Of a stretch of 64,000 nt of DNA, positions 38,801 through 55,100 are shown piece after piece. Origin of the DNA: Tubiluchus corallicola (Eukaryota; Animalia; Priapulida); assembly GCA_030141605.1 (NCBI GenBank), contig JAQGDQ010000152.1, positions 186,001 through 250,000 of the forward strand. Direction: 5' to 3'. The translations under genes and the position numbers were made by a program. The number at the start of each line of letters is the position of its first letter. The stretch's first letter is position 1. The notes below the pieces were generated by a model. It saw nothing but the letters and a program-made list of their open reading frames with translations, was not told the DNA's origin and made no database searches.

Positions 38801-39767
38801 TTGAGAGGTCTACAATTGAGTTTAGCATAATATTATTTCATATAAACACATAAACAAAACTGGAAAACAGAAAAAAATTACACCCAAAATGAATTTTAAA
38901 TATTTTTATTTAGAATACAATGAATAGCATAAGAACTAACATTACACAAAGGGTTAGAAATAAAACAAGACACAGTACATTGCCCTTACAGTTTGTTAGA
39001 GCACAGATTAGAACAAAGATACGACCTACTTGATCTGCACTATTGCAAATAAAAACATACTGAGATTTTGACAGAAGTAATCATTGACAGATTAACTACA
39101 AAAATCAAGTTAAAGCAAAATCATTAGCTTATTACTTTAACGACACTTTGTTTGCTGTGTAGAAGGTTCCCAACAAAAACTGATTGGACTGACGAATTAC
39201 TGCTAAAATTTAATTAAACCCTAAAACACATTCTGCTCAAAATCGAAGCCAGAAATGAAAATTAGTACTTCAGTAAATTTACCTCTTTTGTACAGTGATA
39301 ATAATCAGCCATTTTACCATATTTCAGAACAGATGAAAGTAAGTTACCCACATCTCACAAATTTTGATGATGTAAGCGTTTGGAATCCATGACAAAAGAT
39401 TAATTGAAACAACTAATAAGTTTACAGTTACCTGTGTAAATACAGTGACTGTATGAATTTCTATAAATAATAAATTGCAAACATGTAACAAATTGCTTGT
39501 GAACACAAATACAAATAGAACAAAATTGGCATGCTCTTAAGTCACCAAAGCAAAGTCAAGACTGCAAAACAGAAATTAGATTAATAAAAAAGTGAAGTTT
39601 AGATCACAGAAGTGAAGTACAGAATTATAGATTAGCTTACAATATTAAGTTAACCTTACAGTCCACCCAGGCATAATGCCAAATTTCAAATGTTTTGACA
39701 AAATACCAACTTGAATGCAAAACACAATATTACACATGATTTATTACGTACAGACATCAGTAGCAGT

Positions 39768-42215
<2,448 letters not shown>

Positions 42216-43595
42216 TTACTTTAGTTGTGAAAACAATCAGTACTATCTCTTGGAATGACTGTGAAGCTTATTGCTTGTTACTGGTAAAATCTGAAACAAA
42301 AATCAAATGCAACTTTTAAATCCAAACGAACTGAAAAACTTGCAAAGCCTTAGTGTATTTTAGCTACATTTTATTTCTGAAAGGCAGTGACTTTGTAATA
42401 ATGATAACAGTTAGGGAAAGTGTACGATTGAGCCTGAATTATTAAGGGAAATATGATGATCAACACCAACTGATGGCATCTCCAACTGCAAACATGCAAA
42501 GGTGGGAGACTAATAAATGCTAATTATGCAACAGCTCCTTTTCAACTGCAGCATCCATCTTGAGTCTTTCACAATTGTGACAGAGATGAGTTGAATGCGA
42601 GACACTGAAAATCTTAAAGGAAAACCGGACGATTGTTTAGAAATCTCATTTTAATTTACTGCCTAAAATATACATTTTCTTGCCTATAATAATTGTTCCT
42701 TATATTTGAATAATTAGCTTAGAAAGTTAATTAACGGCAACCAAACACAGCTATTACTATGTCAGAAACTAACCACAGTTTGTGCAACGGCAGGCACCTT
42801 CCCTTGCATGTCAAGCACGTTTGCATAAGTGTCACAGTACTATTTAAACGCATGATGTGTCACGAAAAATGGGCTTTACATCACATAACATCAGAAACTA
42901 ACACTGCAGATCATGATCATGCTTATCACGGTACCGCCATCTATTTGTCGGCCACGCGCACATGACAAAAAGGCGCCGTTGCCAATCTTAGTAGATTCAC
43001 TGAGCCCCGCGTAGCTTTGAAAATTTAACAAAATTTGAGTTTCCAAGGTCACTATTATTTAATGTAAGCTTTGATTTAAAAAAACTATTGTCGTTTTCAA
43101 TATTTTAAAAAATTCTTTATTCTGAACTCACGTTTACACAATCAATCGGTTTTCCTTTAATCCTATAAAAATAAACAGTATGTTCAGATTATCTGGATCA
43201 AAAGGAAGACAATAGTGACTGTAGAACAGCTTGTCTTCTTTCACAATTTTAAAAACTTTTCAGAATCAACTGCTGCTCAGCATAATAGTACTTGAAACAC
43301 GAAAAAAACTAAAAAAAGCTAGCTCACTAACATGAAGCTAAAAGAAAAGACGTGAAAGATGTGACTCTCAATTAATAAATTTACATTGAGTACAAACTCT
43401 ATAACAGAGAATGCACGAAGTGAAAATTGCATTAGCAAAATAAAACTAATAAGCGCATTAAATAAATTGAACAAGATCTCACACATAATCATAAAAGAGT
43501 AGAGAGTGCCATAAAGTGTTAGATCACAGTCCAGTTCAATCAAAATCAGACGTACGAAAAAATCTTATTTCCACCAAAATGTACACGCAGTAACA

Positions 43596-43747
43596 TTTTA
43601 GAATGTTCTACATAAATGAAAACTGAGCCCTAGGTATTCCAAAATGTATCTGAACAAGCAACAATTCTCAGAAAATTTCGAAAGGCTCTAGTCAGCTAGT
43701 AATTGTGCATCACTGTTAATGAACAAAGTGTGTTTTAGAACATTCTA
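43596..43747. promoter_or_regulatory. Pair of heat-shock-element-like 15-mers upstream of VCP
   Basis: TTTTAGAATGTTCTA (43596-43610) and TTTTAGAACATTCTA (43733-43747) fit nTTCnnGAAnnTTCn with one mismatch; a candidate 5'-UTR donor GTGAGT lies at 43131-43126. Confidence 0.4.
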
Positions 43748-43837
43748 AATCTAGTTTAACTAACTGAGTCAAAGCAAAAAGATGTAGCACGGGTTTAAAT
43801 GCCACGCATGCACAGACACAGGCTGCTAGATTTGCAC

Positions 43838-44340
43838 AAAACAATGGGTGCCATAATTAACACAAATTCAGTGGTCCGCTGTACGGCAAACAATGGGTGC
43901 CATGATGTAACAAATTTGATGGTCTGCTGTATGGCAAACAATGGGTGCCATTAATGTAACAAATTTGATGGTCTGCTGTATGGCAAACAATGGGTGCCAT
44001 AATGTAACAAATTCAATGGTCTGTTGTACAGCAAACAATGGGTGCCATAATGTAACAAATTCGATGGTCTGCTGTATGGCAAACAATTGGTGCCATAATA
44101 TAACAAATTCGATGGTCTGCTGTATGGCAAACAATGGGTGCCATAATATAACAAATTCGATGGTCTGCTGTATGGCAAATAATGGGTGCCATAATGCAAC
44201 ACAAACTCAATGGTCCGCTGTATGGCAAACAATGGGTGCCATAATGTAACAAATTCAATGGTCTGCTGTATGGCAAACAATGGGTGCCATAATATACCAA
44301 ATTCGATGGTCTGCTATATGGCATACAATGGGCGCCATGT
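43838..44340. repeat. 48-bp minisatellite, about 10 copies
   Basis: Unit GCAAACAATGGGTGCCATAATGTAACAAATTCGATGGTCTGCTGTATG; explains the 16-aa periodic ORFs on both strands. Confidence 0.95.
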
Positions 44341-47300
44341 TGTGCTATACAAAAACTGCATTCGATTGTTGGGCAAAAACAGTTTTTGGGTGACACATTA
44401 GCAAACTATGATTGAGATTACTGATTAGCAATCTCTCTCTGCTCAAATGTGACAGTTAAATCTACGAATATTACAAAACTCAGACAGAGAAGACAAGTTT
44501 ATCACATGTATTCATACGTGGATATGATGAAGTATTTGTACAGTCACTTATTTATGAATGCACTGCAGTACGTCTGTTGCTGCTGAGTGAGACTGCCAGA
44601 GACAGTGCGCCTTCAAGAAATCAGGAAGCATGAGCAACAGCTTTATACACATGGAGCCGACACAAATACAAGCAACAGAAGTTACCCAAACATGGAACAA
44701 TTATCTCTTTTTCTATCTATAGAATTCTGAATCCTATAAGCCTGAATTCAAAATCCAAATGAGGTCTTGTTCAAACTGGATGGCTGTGGTAAGACTGGAA
44801 CCTATCTCAATGTAATTACCTCTTTTTCTATAAAATTCCGAATCCTACAACCCTGAATCCAAAATTCAAATGCAATCCTTTTCAAACTGGATTGTTGTGG
44901 TGACACTGGAACCTGCCTCAATGTAAAGTCTATGCCTGTAGGATGAGCCACTGAACCAGCAGAGTAATCTCACCCACATTCTGGACATGTACATATATCC
45001 ACCTTCTGAGAGGCAAAAAGCTATAATCACTAGGGTGAATGAAAACACGAAAAGTGAGAACTGGCAAGATTTAGACATCCACTCATTGGCTTGCATGTGC
45101 ATTATTCTTAAGCGATTGCTTAGTCAGTGCAGTGGTTGTTGGACCAAGCACCAGATTTTTTTACTAGAAATTCATCCCGAAATTTGAGCAACTATAGCTA
45201 AAGATAAAAAATAGACTTTATCATAATTACTGTCAAGATAAAAAACTAATTTCTCACAAAATAACTTGCATTGTACATGCAGCATTGATCTTGTGACAGG
45301 TACAGCAAAAAAACCAGTTTAGACTAGCATGGTTACCCGCAAAAATGTCTCCAAATTAATACATTTATAAGATATAACTGGTTGGTGCACTTGCCTTTCA
45401 ACATAGTCTAGACTTCCGAAGAAAAAATTGATATGCCGTAGACAGCACTCTAGCAATGTTATATCTTGTGACAAACAAAATGCACCCAATTCTAGAGAAT
45501 TTGACAAAAAAATCTAGCTACAGTTTTAACTCTAATTTCACAGTTTGTGCACCACCAGTAAAAGGAATTCTACACCACAGAAAATGTGCAGGACATTTAG
45601 CAGATATGTTATTTAATAACTTCTAATGCGCCATAATTTTGTAAATGTGTGTCACCTTCTCACAATTTGTCTACAAAAGACAAATGTCAAAAAATATATT
45701 AAATCACATTTTATTGTAAGTGTCTGTGCGTGTAATCAAGCAACAATTAATACAGAAAAAGAATTGACCGATTACATGACAAAGAAATACAAATCAAGAA
45801 TACGGTTGTACTCAGCAGGCGAATGCCCTCCCCACTTGTATGACGACAGTGCAGGATAATCATTCACTACTGTCAATATGCTTTTATATGCAACTGTTTC
45901 ATAATCATCCTTGTCTGGTCAAATAGATCTGTTGCAACGCACGCACTTCGCAAATTTATTCAATATAATCCGCGAACTGAGGATTGCATCACTGCTCACA
46001 CCTTCAATAGTCACAGGTATCCAATTTTTATAAAATAAGAAGGTAAATTTAATCGCCTTTCTATGGCTTAGACTTTTTAATACCACTGGATGCATCACCA
46101 ATAATCTCAGTGATATTTGAAATATTCAGCAGATCTATAATATAGCCGAGATTGCATTCAATTTGCCATTAATTTGAAAATTATGTGGGTTTGTGAGTTT
46201 TTGTAAGCTCCTTGTGGCTTTCTGCTGCTTAAACTAATTCAAACTTCTGCGGTTTGCCTAATGTTCATGCTAAAATAACACAGAAGTAACTAATTTGTGA
46301 CACAATTTTATTTGCATCACAAATTGACAGTGCACCGATTTTCTTCGGTCTGTGAATGATGTCATTGGTGGAAGAATGGGTGTTCAAAATGGAAACACCC
46401 AAACATAAAACGGTCGCTGCTTATTGCACTTTTATTACTTTATCCTTCTATTTTTTCACGGTCATAGAAATAAGCCTCACTTAGCACATTGTTTGGCCTT
46501 TCCTTTGTAGAAACCAAGTTTTTGTGGAAGTGACTACAGATAAGTTTGCAAGAAATTGGCTCAGCTAAAATCAGTATAAAGCCTTTGATTTCGCTGGCAA
46601 TTTTATCAATTTGTGATTTGTCACTTGACAAAAGCATGCCTTTAAAACTGGAAAATTACAAAAACATCCAAAGAAACCAAAAGATTCCTGAAAAGTAAAA
46701 ACATACAGATCGTATGTTATTTCTCTTCAATGATGGGAGACATCAGATCAAGAAATTTTACCTCATATGTGAATGAATTGCCATTACGCTAAGTGCAGAA
46801 ATCAATCATAAATAATATACATATGCAGGAATCAGCAACTGATGGAATAGCAATGGCTGCATAAAATCTTGGATTAAATTCAATTATTTGGTCACTAACA
46901 TGCGCACGAAAGCCATTTGTTCGGAAGTGGTGCTGACAAGTCGATGGCATTGCAGTGTCTAATTTTTTTCTGAATTACTGATGTGTTTACACTTTACTGA
47001 GGGGAGAATTCTGCCTGCTCAATGTCTGTAACAGACGTAATGGACAGAAATATGATGTGTGTGTGTGTGTGTGACATTCCATTTAGTGTTGCACTTTATA
47101 TACTTCACAAATTAAAGACAGCAGTTTAGGCAATTATATTCTAGCATTTAATAGAGTAACAAGCAAAGGCTATGCAACAGAGAAAAAGGGCAAGATAAAA
47201 CAAAAGAATCTCACAGCCCTGCTGGAAATGGAGGTGTAACCACGCACCATAGAAGCCATCCTCCTTCAAAACTTTTATGAGCAGCCACATGCATTACATT

Positions 47301-48599
47301 GGAGCAAAATTTTAAAAAAATGGGTCAGTTCAGAAAGCCATGGTTCTCCCACAAAATGGGCTATCCAAGTTATGGACTCGACTCAGACATATTTCTATTC
47401 TCTTAAATGAAATTTGCAAAAATACCCCAAATATAATAACATCGAGGAAAAGAGATGGTGCTACAGTGATGAAATCTGCTTTATGGTGAAAGAGCTAAAG
47501 CTATACCCATAAAAATTATAAGCAATGCCATGTAGCCAAAAAAAATAACTGAAATATACAACATACGTCTATCCAGTCAGACAATTATATCAGCAGAATT
47601 AATGTACCTTAGATATCTATAAACCTCAAAAGTTAGGAATGCAATACGCTTATTTTATGCTCCAAAATAAAAATGTAGTGTCTAATGAATTTGAAACCAA
47701 TTTCATGACTGTTAGTGTTAGTGTTACTGTTACTAGTGTTAGTGTCAAACTTAGTCTAAATTTTAAAAATTATTTCGTAACTTTAACTAAAATTTTAAAA
47801 ACAATTTTAAACGTTTGATTTTAAGAAAGTCGATATCATATCATCATAGCGGACTACCCAATGTGATTTTTCACAGCTCTTATTATTAAGTAGCTTAAAC
47901 CGGTACATCCTAGCGTTTGACAACCAGATGCCGACAAACCCTTAACTTCTAAATTTACAACTATATTGTCTACACAAACTACAATATTTTACTATTTAAA
48001 TATTAAAGTTAAAATTACCTGTTCTCTACCGTTAGTTCAGAAACGCAGTAACTAATCGGAACAAAGTGAACAAAGCAACGAAACGCACGTCATCAAAGCC
48101 CGTCGACCGATGATGATGATGCATGAAAATTTTCCGTATTTAAAAGGCAATAGGCGTTATCTTTCCCACGCTTTAGCTCATCCTCCCATAACGACTACAA
48201 TTTCGATAATAATTCAATTCGATATTTGATGTGGATTTATTGTAAGTTATATTTATTTGATGTTATAATGCTTATTATCTTGTCAATGAGTTTCCCTTAC
48301 ACTCAATGTAAGATGGCAGCTTAAGCTACAGAAAAGTTCTGTTTGAAATATGAAGTATCAGATTGGGAGACCTGTAGGCTGGAGTTGCTGAGTGCTGATG
48401 TCATGGAGACAAGGTGCTGGTAAAGCAGAAATCTGATGAGCTGGCTCTGAGACTTTGAGTTCAGCAGATGCTCTGAGATGAGCGGGAGAGTCACTGTTTT
48501 AAATGCAACTTTAACAAGCATCTAACGAAAAATGTAGGAATAAATATTGAAGAAAACTTAAAGGGGATAGCCTGATACATATCTTTCAGCAAATAAACT

Positions 48600-48940
48600 G
48601 TGTCAATACTAAATTTGCCTAGCAGTCGATTGGGCTATATATAGATCATCATAATCCCACGTCCTTTCATTGTGCAATACAGCACGCCTTATTAATTTCA
48701 TGCCATACTCCCCAATCCGTTACCACGTGCCAAGTATCTAGTGCGTTGTTTAAGTCAAATGGAGTACTTAGTAAGTCTCTCTTCAGAATATCCAGATACG
48801 TGATCAGTTGTCCTCTTCTTTGGTTCTTCCCATTTATTAGTGCTTAATGTAATGCTGCAGTAAGTGAAGAGTCCTTTGGTAATCTAATGATATGGCCAGT
48901 GGATCTAAACTGTTTCTTTCGTACAACCTCGCTCCGGTCC
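48600..48940 (-). mobile_element. RTE-like LINE ORF2 C-terminal relic
   Basis: VVRKKQFRSTGHIIRLPKDS..*..RRGQLITYLDILKRDL resembles the RTE-clade GH..R...RGRP..TW.D....DL tail. Confidence 0.55.
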
Positions 48941-49561
48941 TTTTTATATTTTTATTATAGAACCCTACTTCTTTAGATAATATATGCTTGGTAAGGTAAT
49001 AAACTCGTTTGAGCCGAAATTTCGGGTTACAGTGGCAGCCAACCAGAACACGCTTTTACGCGACTAATGGCGCTGCGCTTGACCGTCCGTAGCTTGTGTA
49101 AAATGAAAAATAAAAAAGTGAAATAAAAGTTAAAATTGAATGGCGTTTACGTTTATAACAATTATTTTTTGCAGATTTTCAATTTGCAACTGAAACGTTA
49201 AAGCAATCAGTAAAAGCATGCCCGTCAATTAAGTTGTGATGTCTAATGGCGAAAACGGCATGCAGCTATAAATTGATACCAAACTTTGAAAAAAGGGCTC
49301 AGCTATTTAGTTTCACCTTGCACTTTTAATTTCCAACAAGCACTGAACACATTGTTTAGGATTTGCGTTTCCTTCAACACTGAATCGAGCCTTCAAACAA
49401 AGTGATATGCTAGTGAATCACTTTGCATTTTCAACTAGTTGAAACTGTGCAATGAATGACTAAGTCTAGTCTATTCCGCGTGATAAACTTTTTTATACGA
49501 TACAGTGGTCATAATTTAGACTAAATAAGTAGTCATAAACAATAATATCTACAAGTGACCA

Positions 49562-51045
49562 ATGACCATGTCAGGTATGCAAGTAATATGCTTAAAATGT
49601 ACTGTGTGCTCAGGTTTGTTTACTACGGAAATTCAGTTTTACAAACATGCTCGCCATGAACATTGCGAGGAGGTCGTTCTTTTGCAGCAACATGCAGAGA
49701 ATAGTTCTTCAGATTTACAATTTTCAGCAGTAGCTCCAGCAGACATTGGTAAAACAGGAAACACAATGAAAGTTGAACAGAGTACGCTAGTCGACAAGGA
49801 AAAAAGAATTTGCCAAGAAACAAAGCCGGTAGTAAAAGGTGAACATGTTCAGATTAACAACGAATTAAAATTAAAAGCTGAAAACACCAATAATAAAACT
49901 CATGGAATTCTGCACACTGATGAGAATATGATAAGTTTTGTTGTGCTAAATAAGAGCAACAAAGATGATGATCAGCCAGTTGTAAAAACGCCTAGTACGG
50001 AAAAGCATTTACGTTCTGTGGGGTTGACAAGTAATCCTACTGATGCTGTAAATGCACTCCTAAATCAACATTCGCCAACAGAACTACGCACTAAAAAACT
50101 TGTTAACACAAAGAAAAAAGCTAGAGTGCGAAGAAACTCAAGCAAAGCATGGCGGGAGTACAAACTCCGAAATGTAGGTTGTGACGTGTGTACGCTCTGT
50201 GGAAAAACTTTCAATAAGCTTTATCTTCACTATAAGCAGTATCACGCACCAGCTCAGTACATATGTGAGACCTGTAATAAGGTCTTCAAGGCAAATTGTG
50301 ATCTCCTTGTTCATAGACGAATTCATACGGGTGAAAGACCGTATTCATGTGATGTGTGCGGTCGTCGTTTCGCACAGTCCGGACAAGTAAAAACTCACAG
50401 GTAAGTTTGTGTGTGCACAGCATGTTTAATTGAACAAAACAGCAACAATTCCAACACATGTAAATATAAAGGTATACTGTAAATGTTAAAATGAGTGTAT
50501 GCGGGAAATGTTTTGGCAATTACTTCTTAGCTACTTTGTAGGTTGCGGTGTCATGTCTGGTAAGAAATTTCCACATATAATGCAATCTAAGTGATTATAA
50601 TGGTACTGATTTTTCTTTTCTTTTGTGCATGCCACAATTTCAGGAAAATCAACGGCTGTTTGATGTTTATTTGTATTTTAGAGCAACTCATTTCAACAAT
50701 GGAGGGTTTGTCTGTCATCAATGTGGAAAGGTTCTCCGCTCTCCAGCCACACTTGCCTCGCACACTCTGACTCACTCAGAGGAGAAACGTTTCGTTTGCA
50801 CAGTGTGCGGGCTGATGTTTGCCAAGCGTGTCTATCTAGTCACACACAGCAAGACTCATACGGGTGATAAACGTTTCAAATGCGAGGTGTGCGATGCGAG
50901 TTTCGTACAGAAAATCAATCTGATAACTCATACTAGAACTCACACCGGAGAAAAACCGTACGTGTGCGGCTCGTGCGGTCGCATGTACAAGCGGCAGCAG
51001 TCTTATAAACGACATGTTAAAATGCACGAGAACAGCGTTAGTTGA
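49562..51045 (+). CDS. C2H2 zinc-finger protein, 400 aa, 2 exons (one isolated N-terminal finger plus a 7-finger C-terminal array)
   Basis: Exons 49562-50400 (donor CAG|GTAAGT) and 50682-51045 (acceptor TTTTAG|); the phase-2 join gives KTHRATH; TGERPY, TGDKRF and TGEKPY linkers. Confidence 0.92.
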
Positions 51046-52170
51046 TGTTAAAGTGGGTGTTCAGTTTTTTAAATGTTCTGTTACGTGGATTTTAATTGAA
51101 CAGAGTTGAAGTTTTCAAAACCATACTTTCAGAAGCACCAGTCTGCAAACTTGTTCAGACAGAAATGGCTAGGTATGAACACGGCACCATGTATTTAGAG
51201 TAAGAGCCATTTTCGTTGTTTTACAGATGAGGCTGTGTAAAAAACATTTTGGTAAAACACTTGTTAAATTGCTTCCTAGTTTTTCGAACTTTCTACGAAC
51301 ATTTTTTACTGAAACTACTTTTCTTCTGCTGCGTGAAACACGTCAGATTTTGTTGATAATAAACTTGATATAATTTGCTGACTATATTATAATGACTGTA
51401 TTAAAGAAGTGGTTTTTGAATGTAATTTATCAGAACTGTTTTTGAAAGGTGCAGATTTACATAAACTTCAATTACTGGAACTGCAATATTTTGAAGTGTG
51501 ACTTGGAATAGTCTTTTGTCTTGCATATTATCTTTTTGAAGATGCACATTTTTCATTTTGCACTTATATTTATTATTAAAATTGTAATTGTTCTTGTCTT
51601 TTTAAGTAGATACAAACAAACAGTCAAACTTAAAATGTTGGTATAAATGTTTTTGAAGATGCACACTTTGCATTTAAATTTATTACAAATTTTAGAAGAA
51701 TCATTCTTTTTAGCCACATAAAATAAATTTAAATCACTTTCCTTTTAAGTAGATCAAACAAACAATCACACACAACTGTGATATCATAAAATCTATGAAA
51801 AAATGAAAATTTCGGACAAAGCGTTCCAAATCTGTGAGTGGTTTAATAAACGAAACTGGACATGAAGGCAGGAAATTTAAAGAACTGCTTTTTGCATTTT
51901 TCGAGCTGTAATATAAGTTACAGTGTGCTGTACTTCTGTAATTTTTTTAGTCCTTCAAATTGACAATTTTAGTACAAAAAGTTTCAGATGTGCCCACTCT
52001 GACACAACTGTAAGTGGAGGTAAGGTAAGTAAGTAAAAAATGGGCCATAAAGAGTACTCATACAAGCGGTCTGGTGAAAAAATTTACAAAATCACAGGCT
52101 TCAGTCACTTGCTGTATTTCTAAATTAAACAACCTTTTTTCTAAGAACTCAAAATTATGAAAAGTTACAA

Positions 52171-55100
52171 TCATACTGTTGCACTGAACTTTGCTAGATT
52201 GTTTTCCACTGATTTCTTTAAAAGTGTCTTGTTGACAGTAACTGCCATGGTAACATTTGAGATGTCATCTACTTTAAGCTGAAAAGGGAACAAACAGCAA
52301 AATAACTAATTAGCATCAGAAAATTGCTGCTTTAGCACATTTACCACTGAAACATCAAATACACGTTGCAAAAATATGATGATTTTATAGTGATCGTGAT
52401 TCGATTTCATAATTCGCAGATTGAAAGAAAAAATTGCTTGCTTTTCTTCTAACAGTTGTTCCAGTTTTCCGCTAAATGAAGTGCTATACCATTACGAACA
52501 TGACAATTGCGACAATTGCGACAACAATTTTAAACTAAAACAAAAAGCTGATCAAAAGCTACATAGTCTAGAATACAGTTATTGTTGGTTTTTCTAAGCG
52601 GAAGTGTATATTTTTTACGATAATGAAAAGACGGCCGGCTGTTTTGTTTTACAGTAATCAGAATATCCTAAATAGAAGATTGCATTAGAATTTTAGCAAT
52701 GTAAACAATTAAATGTAAATCTCATATGTCTGAGCTAGTTGAGAAATTGCTTAGTTATTTAGTGCTATCAAAAAAAGTTTTCGGATATTAGCTACGAAAG
52801 CTATGATTACGTAAAGTTACGGAAATGCAACAATCATCATTTCTGTTTGGTCAATCAAAACTCATGTAAAAGTGAAACAAGATTATACCTTTCTCCCATA
52901 CTTGTTGAGAATGACTAAGATGAGTTTGGTGAAACTAATGCTACATCGCAATCGTGTTGATTCGTGTTTAAGTTTCCATGTAAACGTATGTAAAAACGAA
53001 ACGTCAGCAGAATTCTGAAAAACAAATGTAACTGAAGTGAGGCTTTCTAGACCGCAAAGTAATGCTCAAAATCTAATCTAATTTAAATAAACAATACTAA
53101 TCTAATCTATAGAAATCTTAAACAATATACAGTCAACCTCGGATATAAAGGACACCTCGGGACTGGAAAAAACCGTGCCTTATAGCCGAAGTTGAGTCAG
53201 ACCGAGGGTGTATCTAGACCTATACCTTTTTCCACTTTTACCCATATTTTTATGGATTATTGCTACACATTCAGTGCAAACGGTATGTAGGAAGCTCCTT
53301 CAGTGATATGAGATGTATGTGACCGCGGAAACCGAGCTGTTCGGAGGCCGAGGTTTGCGAAAAATTGAGGCTAAAAATCTTTCAATTTCGCTTTGATCAT
53401 AGGGTCCCTTATATGTGAGGTAATTTACCTGGGTTTCTATTACGCGGGACCTGAAGATATCGTCCCTTAAAAGCGAATATCTTATACCCGAGGTTGACTG
53501 TAAGACACAAAATATGAAAATTATCTAATTAGCTTTTCAATAAGAAAATTGAACATTTCTGTGCAATGGTTTTCGGTAGCATGTAAATTTCCTAATGCAT
53601 AATAAAATCGAGCATAACAAAAGCTATAAAACTTGTGTGGCTGACGTAGTTGTAACACATGTAAAAACCTTCACATTTCGTACATACCGAAGCACTATCC
53701 TAAATGTGTGCAGAGACCGCTACAGGACATATATACAAATATTGCTATCTAGTAAACAGACGCAAGATACCTACCACATTGTTGAGAACAACTGTCACCA
53801 TGGCAACCATATGTTCACTCCACTCTAATTCTTCATCACACAGTATTCTGTTAAAACACCAAATGAATACTTTATTCGGCAGCTTTGTCAGTTGAGCTTG
53901 GCCATTAAAACAGCGCATTCTACTCAGACTTCAGCAACATGCAACTGACCGGTAATAAAGTCACAAGAAAGTCGCGATTTTGGCTAGGAAAAAAAATCAC
54001 AATTTTGGCTAGAGATAGGACAAGGGCTAAAGATAACCTCGGGGTTCTTTATTTTTTAGTGTGCCTTTTTTCCCCCGTGACTTTTTTACGTATGAATATT
54101 TTACCTGGATTTGACAAAACGATACATTTGTGTGATATAAATAATATAAATTTCTTTATTGATTATTTTTTTTGTTGTAGCCATGGTTGCCAGACATCCT
54201 TTATATATGTGGCATATGCCACATTTGATAATTTTGTCCTCTATCCCATACTGACCTTTCAGTGACACCCAAATGTCCCATATTTAGTTCATTTTCGAAT
54301 TTCGTAATAAAATATATTTTTACTAGCTTTTTACAATTCTTAGTTGTAGTAATACTGACTTTGCTCAGATTTTCTTCATGAAAATAACCCAAATGTAACT
54401 AGGAAACTAGTGATGCTAGAAGTTTAAACAAAACTGACGTGTTTGCTGCCTGTGTTTACAACTTGTTCAGTTGCTATGGTTACTGTTTTGCTCTCCAGCC
54501 TAAATTAAGTTTTCAGTTTATTTTCTGTATTGTTTGTATTAAATAATACTTTTTAAAATTATTTTTCTTTACATTTTTATACTGTCTTTTTTGAATAAAA
54601 AGTTTGCGATGATTTCACTTTCTGAGAATTTCTTTTTTTGTTATCTATTGTGGTCAAAGCAAAAAAATTTTAGGACTAATCACATATTAGAAAGAAATTA
54701 ATCCCATTCATTTCATTTCATGTATTAATACAGTATAATTCCAAATGTAGACAATTGAAATAAGTAAGTCATTCTACTTACTCTAATAAATAAATTAAGT
54801 AAGTAATTCTACTTACTCTAATAAATAAATTAAGTAAGTAATTCTACTTACTCTAATAAATAAATTAAGTAAGTCATTCTACTTACTCTAATAAATAAAT
54901 TAAGTAAGTAATTCTACTTACTCTAATAAATAAATTAAGTAAGTAATTCTACTTACTCTAATAAATAAATTAAGTAAGTCATTCTACTTACTCTAATAAA
55001 TAAATTAAGTAAGTAATTCTACTTACTCTAATAAATAAATGGCCACATCTCCACATATGACGTCTTTTAGTAGTTTGTCTATAATTGTCAGCTGCAACTT

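Noticed and set aside
43868-44401. Periodic ORFs on both strands
   Set aside because: Explained by the 48-bp minisatellite.
44700-44930. Diverged direct duplication of about 113 bp
   Set aside because: Two copies only, no coding or structural signal; ordinary local duplication.
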